Positions 10,352 through 19,456 of a DNA stretch of 64,000 nucleotides are shown piece by piece. How positions within the stretch are numbered: the stretch's first letter is position 1; each line of letters begins with the position of its first letter. The translations under genes were made by a program, and so were the position numbers. Source of the stretch: a virus (lineage: Duplodnaviria > Caudoviricetes). Where the stretch lies: positions 64,001 to 128,000 of the IMG/VR virus record IMGVR_UViG_3300028591_000079, one strand, 5' to 3'. Below the pieces are notes generated by a model. That model did not search any database. It was not told the origin of the DNA and saw nothing but the letters and a program-made list of their open reading frames with translations.

Positions 10352-10370
10352 GGTTATACCTCCTTTATTA

Positions 10371-10889
10371 TTAATCTCTGTCAAACAACAATTTACATTT
10401 TACTTCGTTGTTTTCCTCTATAAAGTCCAAAGCTGCAGCACATTGGTCAAACACCCAAATATCTATGGACTCTTTTGTTGTATCACTACCCCAAGAATGA
10501 TTGTAGTTTCCATAGTGCACTCCCTCACCATAACCATCTCTACCACCTGAAATACAATCACTTATAAGATAGCAACCATCACCAACAATACTTTCTAACT
10601 TTTTTGTTATCTTGTTGATTATTGGCATTAGGACTTTCTTTCGTTCAATGTCATATCCATCTTTACTTAAATCTCCCCGCACATCAGCCTCAATATAACA
10701 ATGATACCCTAACACATCTAAGGTATCCGCAACTCTACCGCTTGTTGATGTCGCCTCTCGTAATAATTGATAAGCTTCTAATGTTAATTTTTTCCCATCA
10801 AACAACAACTCATCTGTAATCTGTTCATTGTTGTCAAAATATTTCATAAGCACTTCTTTTATTGCTTGTTTAGTTGTCAATTTATCCAT
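10371..10889 (-). CDS. hypothetical protein
   Basis: AAGGAG RBS. Confidence 0.75.
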   Translation of the reverse strand: MDKLTTKQAIKEVLMKYFDNNEQITDELLFDGKKLTLEAYQLLREATSTSGRVADTLDVLGYHCYIEADVRGDLSKDGYDIERKKVLMPIINKITKKLESIVGDGCYLISDCISGGRDGYGEGVHYGNYNHSWGSDTTKESIDIWVFDQCAAALDFIEENNEVKCKLLFDRD

Positions 10890-10909
10890 GACTTACTCCT
10901 TTGGTTTTT

Positions 10910-11015
10910 TATTGTTGATTCTGTCTTTTTTCCACAACTCGCAAAGACAGAAAGAAGCGAGCCAACAGCAGGACTCTAAGTTAGGAGTAGAATAGAAAAC
11001 CTGCCTGTGGAAACC
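10910..11015 (-). ncRNA. candidate pseudoknotted structured RNA
   Basis: five complementary segment pairs in about 105 intergenic nt (see findings). Confidence 0.55.
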
Positions 11016-11016
11016 A

Positions 11017-11862
11017 CTAAGCCTTGTTCTCTGCCACACCTAAACGATTCCTGATATATTGTTCCAAGAGTTCTTTATTGTTATCAACCAAGGACGCATA
11101 GTTTATTAGTTCTTGGTCATTTACTCTTGATAATCCATAGTCTTTATTCCAGTCTGTATTTGCTTTGATTCTATACAAGACACTTAACAAACCACTCTTA
11201 TCATTCATATTCAAGATGTTTGGTGTTAGTTCGTGTTTGTCCAGCATAGTAATCAGCAAATCAACAGGATAACAATCGACTTCAACTTTACGATTCATTT
11301 CATACCCACCATTCTCTGTATAGTATTTCCATAACAGTTCATATGATGGTTTGTTCATAAGTTCAACCAAGCGTATATTCTTATTTGCATACTTGGCGAA
11401 GTCTTTTTGATTGAAATCTGACCGAAAGTATTTGATTGTTTTGACTGAGTATTTTTCCAACAATTCTTTTTTTGCTGTTGGGGACAATTCAAATCTACCT
11501 CTCCACAGTTCATAAATATTACAGACATCGTTTTCTACTAATCTTACGAACCAATCTAAATCTTTCATACCAACTTTTAGTTTTGATTCATACTTGATAC
11601 TTGGGTCATAACAAAAGTCTATAATTCGTTGTAAGATTTTGTGAGATGTTTGTTTATTATATGCTCTGATTACATTCAATTTATATTTACCCATTATTTC
11701 CATTATTTGTTCGGGTTTCAATTTGTCTATCTGCTTTATATTAAACAATTCCAACAGATGTCCGGTTTTTGTGCTTATGATTGTTGTATATAATTTATTT
11801 GCATCAAACTTAGACACAAACAAATCTTTCAACATTGCTACTTCACTAAAACTATTAAACAT
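11017..11862 (-). CDS. hypothetical protein
   Basis: 281-aa ORF, AGGAG RBS. Confidence 0.75.
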   Translation of the reverse strand: MFNSFSEVAMLKDLFVSKFDANKLYTTIISTKTGHLLELFNIKQIDKLKPEQIMEIMGKYKLNVIRAYNKQTSHKILQRIIDFCYDPSIKYESKLKVGMKDLDWFVRLVENDVCNIYELWRGRFELSPTAKKELLEKYSVKTIKYFRSDFNQKDFAKYANKNIRLVELMNKPSYELLWKYYTENGGYEMNRKVEVDCYPVDLLITMLDKHELTPNILNMNDKSGLLSVLYRIKANTDWNKDYGLSRVNDQELINYASLVDNNKELLEQYIRNRLGVAENKA

Positions 11863-11927
11863 ATTTTACTCCTATTAGTTATAAAGTCCTGAAAGGTGTT
11901 GATTCTCTCAGGACTTTGTTGGTTTAT

Positions 11928-13229
11928 TTAGAACTCCAACCGCATGGTCTTTGCTCTTTTTACACCGACAGGATTTTGAAAGTTATCGTTGCCAGTGATT
12001 CCCCATATTACAGGACAATAATCAAATTTCAAATTATCTATACAGTCATATCCATCAGTCATACAAATAAACACATCATATTTCTTTTTGTTTTCTTTTA
12101 TCCAATCGAAACTAGATGCGATAGTTGTTCCACCAAAGGATGCCAACTTATAGTCTTTGATTTTATCCTGCGTTGGTTTTGTATAATTCACAAGGGTATC
12201 CTCATGAACTTGTGTTGAAAAGCACCAGATGTCAATGTCAAATGATTTAAAACTGTGCATAATCTTTGCTATATGCGCCAAGAATTCATGCACTTGTTCA
12301 TCACCAACCGACCCTGATGTATCAATCGCAATACCTAACTTGATATGCGTATCTGTGCTAGTTCCTGGAAGTATATTACCCATACCCCAACTTCTACGAG
12401 ATGGACGCTTCCAAGAAAAGTCAGATTTGATAAACGCTTTCAGATAGTTAGATAAGAAACCACGCCAATCAAATGGAGGTTCCTGAAACAAGAAGTCAAA
12501 TGCTCGTTCTAAGAAACTATCAACCTTACCTGCATCTTGACCACCCATTTGTTTTTGGACTGCTTGGACTTGGGCTTTGATTCTGCCTGTGTCTGTTTCA
12601 TCCATACTATCTTGCCCGCCATGGTCATCAAACTGTTTTTGTCCTTTCGCTTGTTTTTCTAACCACTTACCAACAGCACCCATCATTTCTTGTTCTACTT
12701 GTTCAGGTGTTTTGCCATCGTGGTCTTTCTTGAAGTCCTCTAACAGTTTTTCATATATCTGCTCACAAGTCATATTTCTATACTTTTCATCATATAAACC
12801 AAATTGCCCTTTCGGATTTTCTGGTTTGATTAACTTGTCGCTATGATACATTTCACCAATCGGTTTAGGCTTACCATATCTATCACTGTTATTTACAAGG
12901 TCTGAATTGATAGAGTAGTCAGTAGCATAATTCCATAACTGAGGATTCCTGCTACCCCGTCTTTCCATAGTCAGATTCAACAAATGCCCTACTTCATGAC
13001 AGATTATAAACAAGATATTATCAACTGACATTTCGTGCATATCCTCGTGTTCTACCATATACTTCCAGTTGAAATAAATACCTTTACCATCTGTCCAGGC
13101 TATTGAATCGTGGTCAGACTCTACAAATTCAACCCCGACCCTTGCAGATATTGCCGCTAAGAAACTATGCTTTATCCACAGTTTTGTATTTACGGCTTCT
13201 TGCATTTCGTCTTTATTTACTGTTATCAT
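11928..13229 (-). CDS. metallopeptidase-like + VWA domain protein (DUF2201 type)
   Basis: AWTDG, HEVGH, WNYATDYSIN, WKRPSRR, MIDAS DTSGS, GGT, TDGY. Confidence 0.9.
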   Translation of the reverse strand: MITVNKDEMQEAVNTKLWIKHSFLAAISARVGVEFVESDHDSIAWTDGKGIYFNWKYMVEHEDMHEMSVDNILFIICHEVGHLLNLTMERRGSRNPQLWNYATDYSINSDLVNNSDRYGKPKPIGEMYHSDKLIKPENPKGQFGLYDEKYRNMTCEQIYEKLLEDFKKDHDGKTPEQVEQEMMGAVGKWLEKQAKGQKQFDDHGGQDSMDETDTGRIKAQVQAVQKQMGGQDAGKVDSFLERAFDFLFQEPPFDWRGFLSNYLKAFIKSDFSWKRPSRRSWGMGNILPGTSTDTHIKLGIAIDTSGSVGDEQVHEFLAHIAKIMHSFKSFDIDIWCFSTQVHEDTLVNYTKPTQDKIKDYKLASFGGTTIASSFDWIKENKKKYDVFICMTDGYDCIDNLKFDYCPVIWGITGNDNFQNPVGVKRAKTMRLEF

Positions 13230-13363
13230 ACTTACCTCCTTTTAGTTTAGGATTACACAAATGACGGCTGCGAGTATCAACAAAATAATCAACATACACA
13301 GCATCATACCATTTACACTATCTTTTACACTATCAGTTATTGGATGCATATTTACCCCCTTTA

Positions 13364-13537
13364 TTATTCTTTATAAAATACATGCATCCAAGATTTTTTA
13401 TAATCACTGCTACATGTAAAGTGTGTATCATCTCTACTACAATGTTCCCTGGCTTCCTCTAAGGTCAAGCCAGTCATTATAGTTGTTTTTCTTTTATTCG
13501 GGTCACCCCATACTTTTACAATTTTATAAGTAGCCAT
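13364..13537 (-). CDS. small phage protein (GLTLEEAxxHC)
   Basis: AAGGAGG RBS before MATYK. Confidence 0.7.
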   Translation of the reverse strand: MATYKIVKVWGDPNKRKTTIMTGLTLEEAREHCSRDDTHFTCSSDYKKSWMHVFYKE

Positions 13538-13551
13538 ATTTACCTCCTTTA

Positions 13552-13914
13552 TCATTCTTGTTCATTATCATCTACACCAACACTTATCATACCATTACCC
13601 AAGTCTTTTACATTCAACTTTTCAGATAATTCCTCAGCCTCCTGTTCTCTCATTTGTTTTTCCATTTCTTTTTCGTGGTATTCTTTCAACAAGTCCGCCA
13701 CATTTTCATCAAACCATTTAGATTCGTGCAGGTGATATTCATAGTTGTCCTCATTGTTTAGTAAGGATTCCATTTTATCACCAACCTCAACTTTACACAA
13801 TAAATCATTAGCCATATTTAAACCTATCTGTTCGTGGTCATCATTCTCTTGCCACACCACCATCAAGGCTTTCATAATTGCTTTGATTTCTTTATCTGTA
13901 AATAGTCTTGCCAT
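13552..13914 (-). CDS. hypothetical protein
   Basis: AAGGAG RBS. Confidence 0.7.
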   Translation of the reverse strand: MARLFTDKEIKAIMKALMVVWQENDDHEQIGLNMANDLLCKVEVGDKMESLLNNEDNYEYHLHESKWFDENVADLLKEYHEKEMEKQMREQEAEELSEKLNVKDLGNGMISVGVDDNEQE

Positions 13915-13973
13915 AACTTACTCCTTTATAAATTGTTGGGCAGTTTTATATCTTACCCAGGATAGTTATGTTA

Positions 13974-15206
13974 TTAGAAGTTAGTTTTAGATGTGCAGAA
14001 TTTTGCGACTGCTTGAATATCTTTATGACTTACATACGACAACAGTTTATTATTCTGTGTGATATGTTTAGTCAAAATCGCTTGCCAATCCGCTCGTTTC
14101 AACTTCTGGCAGGCTTCAAACAGATTATGCACAGCCTCAACCAATGCCTTACCCTCTTTTGATTCTTTATTTGGGCGACCATTTTCATCTTTTTCTGGTT
14201 CGTCCATCTGATTCAAAGTGGCAATACAACCTGTCAATGTTCCGAAAAATCCGTTTATATCACCATCATCACGAAAACCTTTACCTTTGAATAAGATTTC
14301 CGCTGGGTCTTGATATTTTTCAGAGTTTTTCAGATATTCCAACAACATATTTGATACTGCTCCACCAAAATACATACTTGCAAAATGGAACACTTCATCA
14401 TAACTTGCATCCGTATTCATACTATATAACTTGATGAATCGTGACCAAGAACGAGGTGTGCCAAATGTATATGAATTGTTGTTGTAGTTATCAGTATCAA
14501 ACAACTTATCAGGATTACGCTTTACAAACGCAGCCACCATTTGTTTAATCTTTTCTGGTGTGATTCCTGCGATAAAAGGTTTTTCCTGTGCTGGTGTTGT
14601 ATCCAAGCCTAAGACATAATCAAACCACACATCCGCATTGGTTTTTACGAATATATGCCCGAATCTATCTTTGACTGGCGCTTGGATTTCAGTTGAGTAA
14701 GCATTGACCCCTGACTGATTACCTGCCGCAATGATACGATAACCATCTGGCAAGAAGTAATCACCAATTCGTCTTTCTTGAACCAACTGTTGAACAGCAT
14801 TTTGCATAGCCGCAGGTGCATTATTCATTTCATCAAAGTATAACAACCCACGACCATTTGGATTTGTTGGTAAGCATTTAGGAATCGCCCAAGTTGTCTT
14901 AGTCATTTCCTTACCATACTCATTTACTTTTTCAGGCATAGGAATACCAATCAAGTCAGCAGGTTCCATAGATGATAAAGGATAGTAGAAGTATTCAAAC
15001 TCTTTATCCTCTTGTTTCATCTTGCTTACAAACTGTTCTACCGATTGAGTTTTGCCAATACCAGGGTCACCCCAAACAAACAAGTTCAAGTTAGCCCGAT
15101 ACATACAATCAATCAATCTTGGTAATTTGTTTAAGACTATCCCCGAATCCATCAGTTCTTTGATTTCACGAGATACATTTACTTCATTGTTTTGATTTTT
15201 AGCCAT
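13974..15206 (-). CDS. MoxR-like AAA+ ATPase
   Basis: Walker A GDPGIGKT, Walker B YFDEMN, AAGN, DRF, TPRSW; near VWA gene. Confidence 0.9.
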   Translation of the reverse strand: MAKNQNNEVNVSREIKELMDSGIVLNKLPRLIDCMYRANLNLFVWGDPGIGKTQSVEQFVSKMKQEDKEFEYFYYPLSSMEPADLIGIPMPEKVNEYGKEMTKTTWAIPKCLPTNPNGRGLLYFDEMNNAPAAMQNAVQQLVQERRIGDYFLPDGYRIIAAGNQSGVNAYSTEIQAPVKDRFGHIFVKTNADVWFDYVLGLDTTPAQEKPFIAGITPEKIKQMVAAFVKRNPDKLFDTDNYNNNSYTFGTPRSWSRFIKLYSMNTDASYDEVFHFASMYFGGAVSNMLLEYLKNSEKYQDPAEILFKGKGFRDDGDINGFFGTLTGCIATLNQMDEPEKDENGRPNKESKEGKALVEAVHNLFEACQKLKRADWQAILTKHITQNNKLLSYVSHKDIQAVAKFCTSKTNF

Positions 15207-15274
15207 ATTCTACTCCTTTTTTTAGTTTTTTGGTGTTGATTTTGTTAGGTTTTATTTATTGACTACCCTAACTT

Positions 15275-15823
15275 TTAGTCATCGGCTCTGAAACAGTAAT
15301 CGTGACTTGCCAATCCTGCTTCATAAGCCCATCTTGTTGAGGTATTACTGTAAATTGCTCCACATATATACCCCCCTAACTTTATATTGGTGACGGTTGA
15401 ATAGGTTTTTACTCCCTCAACTTCAACCCCATCAATATTCAGTTTTACATATTTAGGACAACTTGGACTATACCGCATCCATTTTCCACCCAAGTCCTCA
15501 ACACTTACATCATCATAACCACTCACCATTTTGTTATAGATGTAGTTTTGAACCTCTTGGAATGTCCGTCCTAAATATTTTTCACAAACCAAATCAGCCC
15601 ATCCGTCTTTGCGACTTTCTATTTCAATTTCTGCTCCCCAATGGTCTTTTATATTAAACTTTGTCTTGCATCCACTAATAGTAAAGTCACCAGTATCAGG
15701 ATTATAACTTTCAATGGTTCGTTTCAAGTAGTTTCGTTTGTTCTTGATGTCATATACCCTAGTCAAAGGTAAATGCTTGTCAAAATAATACTCAACCACT
15801 TCTTTTATTGTGATGTCGTTCAT
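15275..15823 (-). CDS. hypothetical protein
   Basis: AAGGAGG RBS. Confidence 0.7.
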   Translation of the reverse strand: MNDITIKEVVEYYFDKHLPLTRVYDIKNKRNYLKRTIESYNPDTGDFTISGCKTKFNIKDHWGAEIEIESRKDGWADLVCEKYLGRTFQEVQNYIYNKMVSGYDDVSVEDLGGKWMRYSPSCPKYVKLNIDGVEVEGVKTYSTVTNIKLGGYICGAIYSNTSTRWAYEAGLASHDYCFRADD

Positions 15824-16003
15824 TTTACACCTCCTTTATTTCTTTTGTTGCTAAGAATAAACAAACACTAGCAATAATACAGTGTCCGATATTTGCATTG
15901 TTAGGTATTGATACAAACAAAAACGCAGTCATTACAATTAGCAAGAATAACAACCACACATTTGATACCATCTTTTTAGTGTCTTTCATACTTACCTCCT
16001 TTA

Positions 16004-16609
16004 TTAGTATCTATTGTTATCTTTATAGTCCTCAACACCATACTTTTCTTTCATTTGCTCTTTCCACTCGTTTATTTCTTTTTGTGTTGATAGACTAGTG
16101 ATTTCATCAACAGGTTCATCATTGTAGTTATCATAGACATACAGGCGTTCAATACTTCCGTTCCAAGCGTCACTCAAATTACTTGCATATCTACTCAAAT
16201 CTACTTTCAATTCCTTGCTGATACCTACAAAACCACAAGTGCCGCTATCCCATCTACATCTTGTATCGTCACTCTTATTGAAAGCAAACGACACCATACC
16301 ATGCACATAAGCACCTAAGGCATACGCTTCATATTTGTCTTTTCCATAGGTTTCGTCAAGGTATTTTTGAAATGATTCTATGTCTTGTTCCACATTTCCA
16401 GTTTCAGGCTCCCAACTTTCATCAGTAGCCAACCTTTCAAACCCCTCACGATTTTTACCTATCCAGGCTTTGTTGTTCGCTTTAAAGTCCTCAACCACAA
16501 ATTCAGGTTCGCTTTCATCATACTCACAATAGCCTACATATCTATCTTGCTCGGTTGTTTCTATTACTTCAACCTTGCCACTTTCTAACAGTTTCTTTTC
16601 TACCGTCAT
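16004..16609 (-). CDS. hypothetical phage protein (YVHG...WDSG type)
   Basis: RBS; motif recalled from phage proteins. Confidence 0.75.
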   Translation of the reverse strand: MTVEKKLLESGKVEVIETTEQDRYVGYCEYDESEPEFVVEDFKANNKAWIGKNREGFERLATDESWEPETGNVEQDIESFQKYLDETYGKDKYEAYALGAYVHGMVSFAFNKSDDTRCRWDSGTCGFVGISKELKVDLSRYASNLSDAWNGSIERLYVYDNYNDEPVDEITSLSTQKEINEWKEQMKEKYGVEDYKDNNRY

Positions 16610-16738
16610 ATCTTTACTCCTTTATTTTTAGATGTTCTTGTTCAATTTCGTGTCTCATTTGTCTAAGGTTTTCTAAATATGCCCTAAACGATTCTACCTT
16701 ATTCACGATTTTCCACATTAGCGCCGCTCCTACCTTAT

Positions 16739-16996
16739 TTACAGTTCATAATTCCAACGGTTCTTGTCTATTGCTTTTTCTAAGTCTAACATCGCACAAA
16801 AACCGCTCACATCTGCCAAAACGCCGTTCAATATTCGTTCTTGTTGTCTAATCGTTATTCCACTATCTACACAATATTCATCAAACGCCGCTAGTATGCA
16901 CAAATTCTGCTCATACATCGCTCGTCTATAAACCTTATCATACTGATTCGCGTTCCGTCTTGCTATACTTTTTACTAATTTATTCAAGTTTGTCAT
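16739..16996 (-). CDS. hypothetical protein
   Basis: AAGGAGTAG RBS. Confidence 0.7.
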   Translation of the reverse strand: MTNLNKLVKSIARRNANQYDKVYRRAMYEQNLCILAAFDEYCVDSGITIRQQERILNGVLADVSGFCAMLDLEKAIDKNRWNYEL

Positions 16997-17027
16997 TTTT
17001 CTACTCCTTTATGTTTTTTGTTGTTCC

Positions 17028-17161
17028 ACTAGCGCCGCTCATAGCCCTAGTCTTTTAGTATATACTTGGACTAGCACCGCTTATAGCACCAACCATAGTA
17101 TATACTACCCACTCGCACCGCTAATAGACCATAATAACCCTACTAGCGCCGCAAATAGACC
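17028..17161. repeat. four helically phased direct repeats ACT(A/C)GCRCCGCnnATAG
   Basis: copies at 17028, 17070, 17111, 17142. Confidence 0.75.
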
Positions 17162-17313
17162 TACATACCAAATATTAACCCCATAGACCACTTTACACAT
17201 ACCGCAATAAGACAACTACAACCTAACACATTGAAAAAATAATCTAGTGCCTTGTTGATTGTGTCTATTGGATTTTTCTTGTAGTTTAATCTATCCAAAA
17301 ATTTGTTATACAT
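17161..17313 (-). CDS. 50-aa putative membrane peptide, first gene of the leftward arm (not in ORF track)
   Basis: AAAGGAGTAGAATAAA-ATG; MYNKFLDRL...GLIFGM. Confidence 0.55.
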   Translation of the reverse strand: MYNKFLDRLNYKKNPIDTINKALDYFFNVLGCSCLIAVCVKWSMGLIFGM

Positions 17314-17474
17314 TTTATTCTACTCCTTTCTAAACCAACCCATACTATCTTTCTATCAACGAAAAATAGCAGGCAATAACTAACCGATACAATATAACCT
17401 ATACCAATTCGTTATTATCTGCTATCTACTTGAATCTATATTGGTCTTGGAATCACTCGCCCCTTGACATAACA

Positions 17475-17525
17475 CAATATAACACAATCAAAAACAAAAG
17501 CAAGAAAAATTAAGTATATACTTTT
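17475..17525 (-). promoter_or_regulatory. leftward early promoter 1 with upstream palindrome
   Basis: TTGCTT-16-TATATT with TG extension; 26-bp block duplicated at 17669-17694. Confidence 0.55.
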
Positions 17526-17643
17526 GACTTGCCTTGACTGGAATATAAAAACTTGACAAAAACAAAAACAAGTCAAGCCCCCGCCCCCCTGTCAAGTCGC
17601 AACCGATAAAATAAAACGAATCACCCGCCCGCTTTACATAGTC

Positions 17644-17694
17644 AATTAAAACACAAAACAAAAAAAACGCAAGAAAAATTAAGTATATACTTTT
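17644..17694 (-). promoter_or_regulatory. leftward early promoter 2 with upstream palindrome
   Basis: TTGCGT-16-TTTAAT with TG extension; same 26-bp block. Confidence 0.5.
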
Positions 17695-18158
17695 TAATCG
17701 CCTTTATATTATACTATTAAAGAAAAATTTTAAACTATAATAAACGCAATTTAAACGGGCTTTTAAAGGGCTTGTTTTTTTATAACTTTACACTATACCA
17801 AAAACAAAAAACACGCTTTTAAACGCAAAAAAACACCTATTAAAATAGTATATACTAAAAAAACGCCTTTAAGGGCTTATACTGGAAACCCCCACCAGTT
17901 AACAGTGCAAAAGATGTAGTTAGTCCTTTTGAGTCTCTGAAGTCCTTTTGAGTTCATGCAGTCTTTTGTGGTCTCTGGGGCTGGATCCTTTGAGTCTTTA
18001 TTTGGCCAATTATAGGATTTTTGATTGGTAAGTTGTGGGATTATGTTTTATTGATTTTACTGATTAATTATAGATTTTTCTTTAAGTGGGTGTTATAATT
18101 AATGTTTGAGTTTAGAATTAAAAGCGATATAGTATAACAAACGAGGAGTATAGTCATT

Positions 18159-18419
18159 ATGAGTAGAAGAAAAGAATTTTTATTATGGGGTGTAAAAAAG
18201 TCTAGGAATGGTATATATTGGAGTGATGGGTTAGGATTATCTTTTATTGATGGTGGTTTGATGACGGAATATGATGGTAAGTATGATGGATCAGGGAAAG
18301 ACATTGGTTGTTGCTTAGTAGAGATGGGGTATTGGTTAGGTGGTAGGACAAAGGTTGATATAAATGTAGCTGGTAAAAAGGAGTTATTGTTTTATTTATT
18401 GAAGAAAGCAAAGGTATAG
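18159..18419 (+). CDS. hypothetical protein, C-terminal LL-helix array
   Basis: first ORF of rightward operon; GAGGAG upstream. Confidence 0.65.
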   Translation: MSRRKEFLLWGVKKSRNGIYWSDGLGLSFIDGGLMTEYDGKYDGSGKDIGCCLVEMGYWLGGRTKVDINVAGKKELLFYLLKKAKV

Positions 18420-18422
18420 TAT

Positions 18423-18722
18423 ATGAGAAGGGTATTAGTAAGATATTATGGTTGTGTTTTAGAGGGTGGTAAGAAGAAGTATTTTATTTATAGTAATGAC
18501 GAGAGTAAGACTGGGAGGATTTACATATATGTTGGTGGTTATATTGGAATGGGAGACAATGGGATAAGGTTTGGCAGTGGTTATAGTTATGTATTAGGGG
18601 GAGTGGAGAAAAAAGATGGGTGGTTATATGTTGTTTTATTTGGGAGTGGTAAGGGTGGTAAGTATAGTATAGCCAACATAATAGAGAGTGATAAGTATAA
18701 ATTGACTGCTTTGTTAGGGTAA
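18423..18722 (+). CDS. hypothetical protein, paralogue of 19055-19426
   Basis: RxL(V/I)RY(Y/I)G, DNxxxFG, KxDGW shared. Confidence 0.7.
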   Translation: MRRVLVRYYGCVLEGGKKKYFIYSNDESKTGRIYIYVGGYIGMGDNGIRFGSGYSYVLGGVEKKDGWLYVVLFGSGKGGKYSIANIIESDKYKLTALLG

Positions 18723-18726
18723 TAAG

Positions 18727-19050
18727 ATGAGGGATTATGACACTTTGAATCTTTTTTGGGAATATGATGCGATACAGGACTGGGGTAAAGGCGGTTGTTG
18801 GTATCATTTAATCAAGGGAACAAAGAAGCAAGGTATATGGTATGAATGTGATAGTTGGATATTATGGAAAGACGGGAGAGGATATATAGGTTATTGTTTT
18901 AGAAATGAACATAAAAGGGCCAGCAAAACAAATAGAGTAGTATGTGAGATGAAGAGTGGAATAATTGGTGGATACTTAGTTGATAATGGGGACTTTTGTG
19001 ATGGTGGTTATGGCAAGAAAGAATATATAGATTGGTTGTTGGGGGGATAA
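18727..19050 (+). CDS. hypothetical protein, LL-helix array
   Basis: operon packing. Confidence 0.7.
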   Translation: MRDYDTLNLFWEYDAIQDWGKGGCWYHLIKGTKKQGIWYECDSWILWKDGRGYIGYCFRNEHKRASKTNRVVCEMKSGIIGGYLVDNGDFCDGGYGKKEYIDWLLGG

Positions 19051-19054
19051 TGAG

Positions 19055-19426
19055 ATGATGATGAGGTGTTTGATTAGGTATATTGGGTATTTTGATGATC
19101 ACGACAGGCACAGGCATTATATTTGTAAAAGGATTAATATTTATAGGCATTTATTTGGGTATGGATGTTTAGTTGATAATGATCTTATAAGTTTTGGTGC
19201 TAATGGTGAATGGATATATGATGATTTAATAAGTAACAAGGATTTTGAGCGTGGATGTCCGACAGGGAGAAAGAATGAAATAATTAATAAGGTAGATGGA
19301 TGGGTGTGTGTATGTTATAATATTGAAGATGAGGGCGGCTGCAATGTTTCAACTGGGGAAGTAAGTTATTTTAAGTCTGATATTTTTGACAAAGAAGAGG
19401 ATATTTTAGAATATTTATTGGCTTGA
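19055..19426 (+). CDS. hypothetical protein, LL-helix array
   Basis: operon packing; paralogy with 18423-18722. Confidence 0.7.
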   Translation: MMMRCLIRYIGYFDDHDRHRHYICKRINIYRHLFGYGCLVDNDLISFGANGEWIYDDLISNKDFERGCPTGRKNEIINKVDGWVCVCYNIEDEGGCNVSTGEVSYFKSDIFDKEEDILEYLLA

Positions 19427-19450
19427 AGAAGTAATTAAATATGGTAAAAT
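19423..19450 (+). promoter_or_regulatory. sigma70-type promoter with TAATTAAA spacer box
   Basis: TTGAAG-16-TAAAAT; same architecture at 21803, 25090, 26113, 30122. Confidence 0.55.
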
Positions 19451-19456
19451 AGTAAT

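Noticed and set aside
478-16851. Plus-strand ORFs in the left arm and other antisense ORFs in the track
   Set aside because: Shadows of real genes: no RBS and Phe/Ser/Ile-rich antisense composition.
17028-17161. CRISPR mini-array
   Set aside because: Repeats are short and degenerate, gaps are uneven and share a palindrome, and there are no cas genes.
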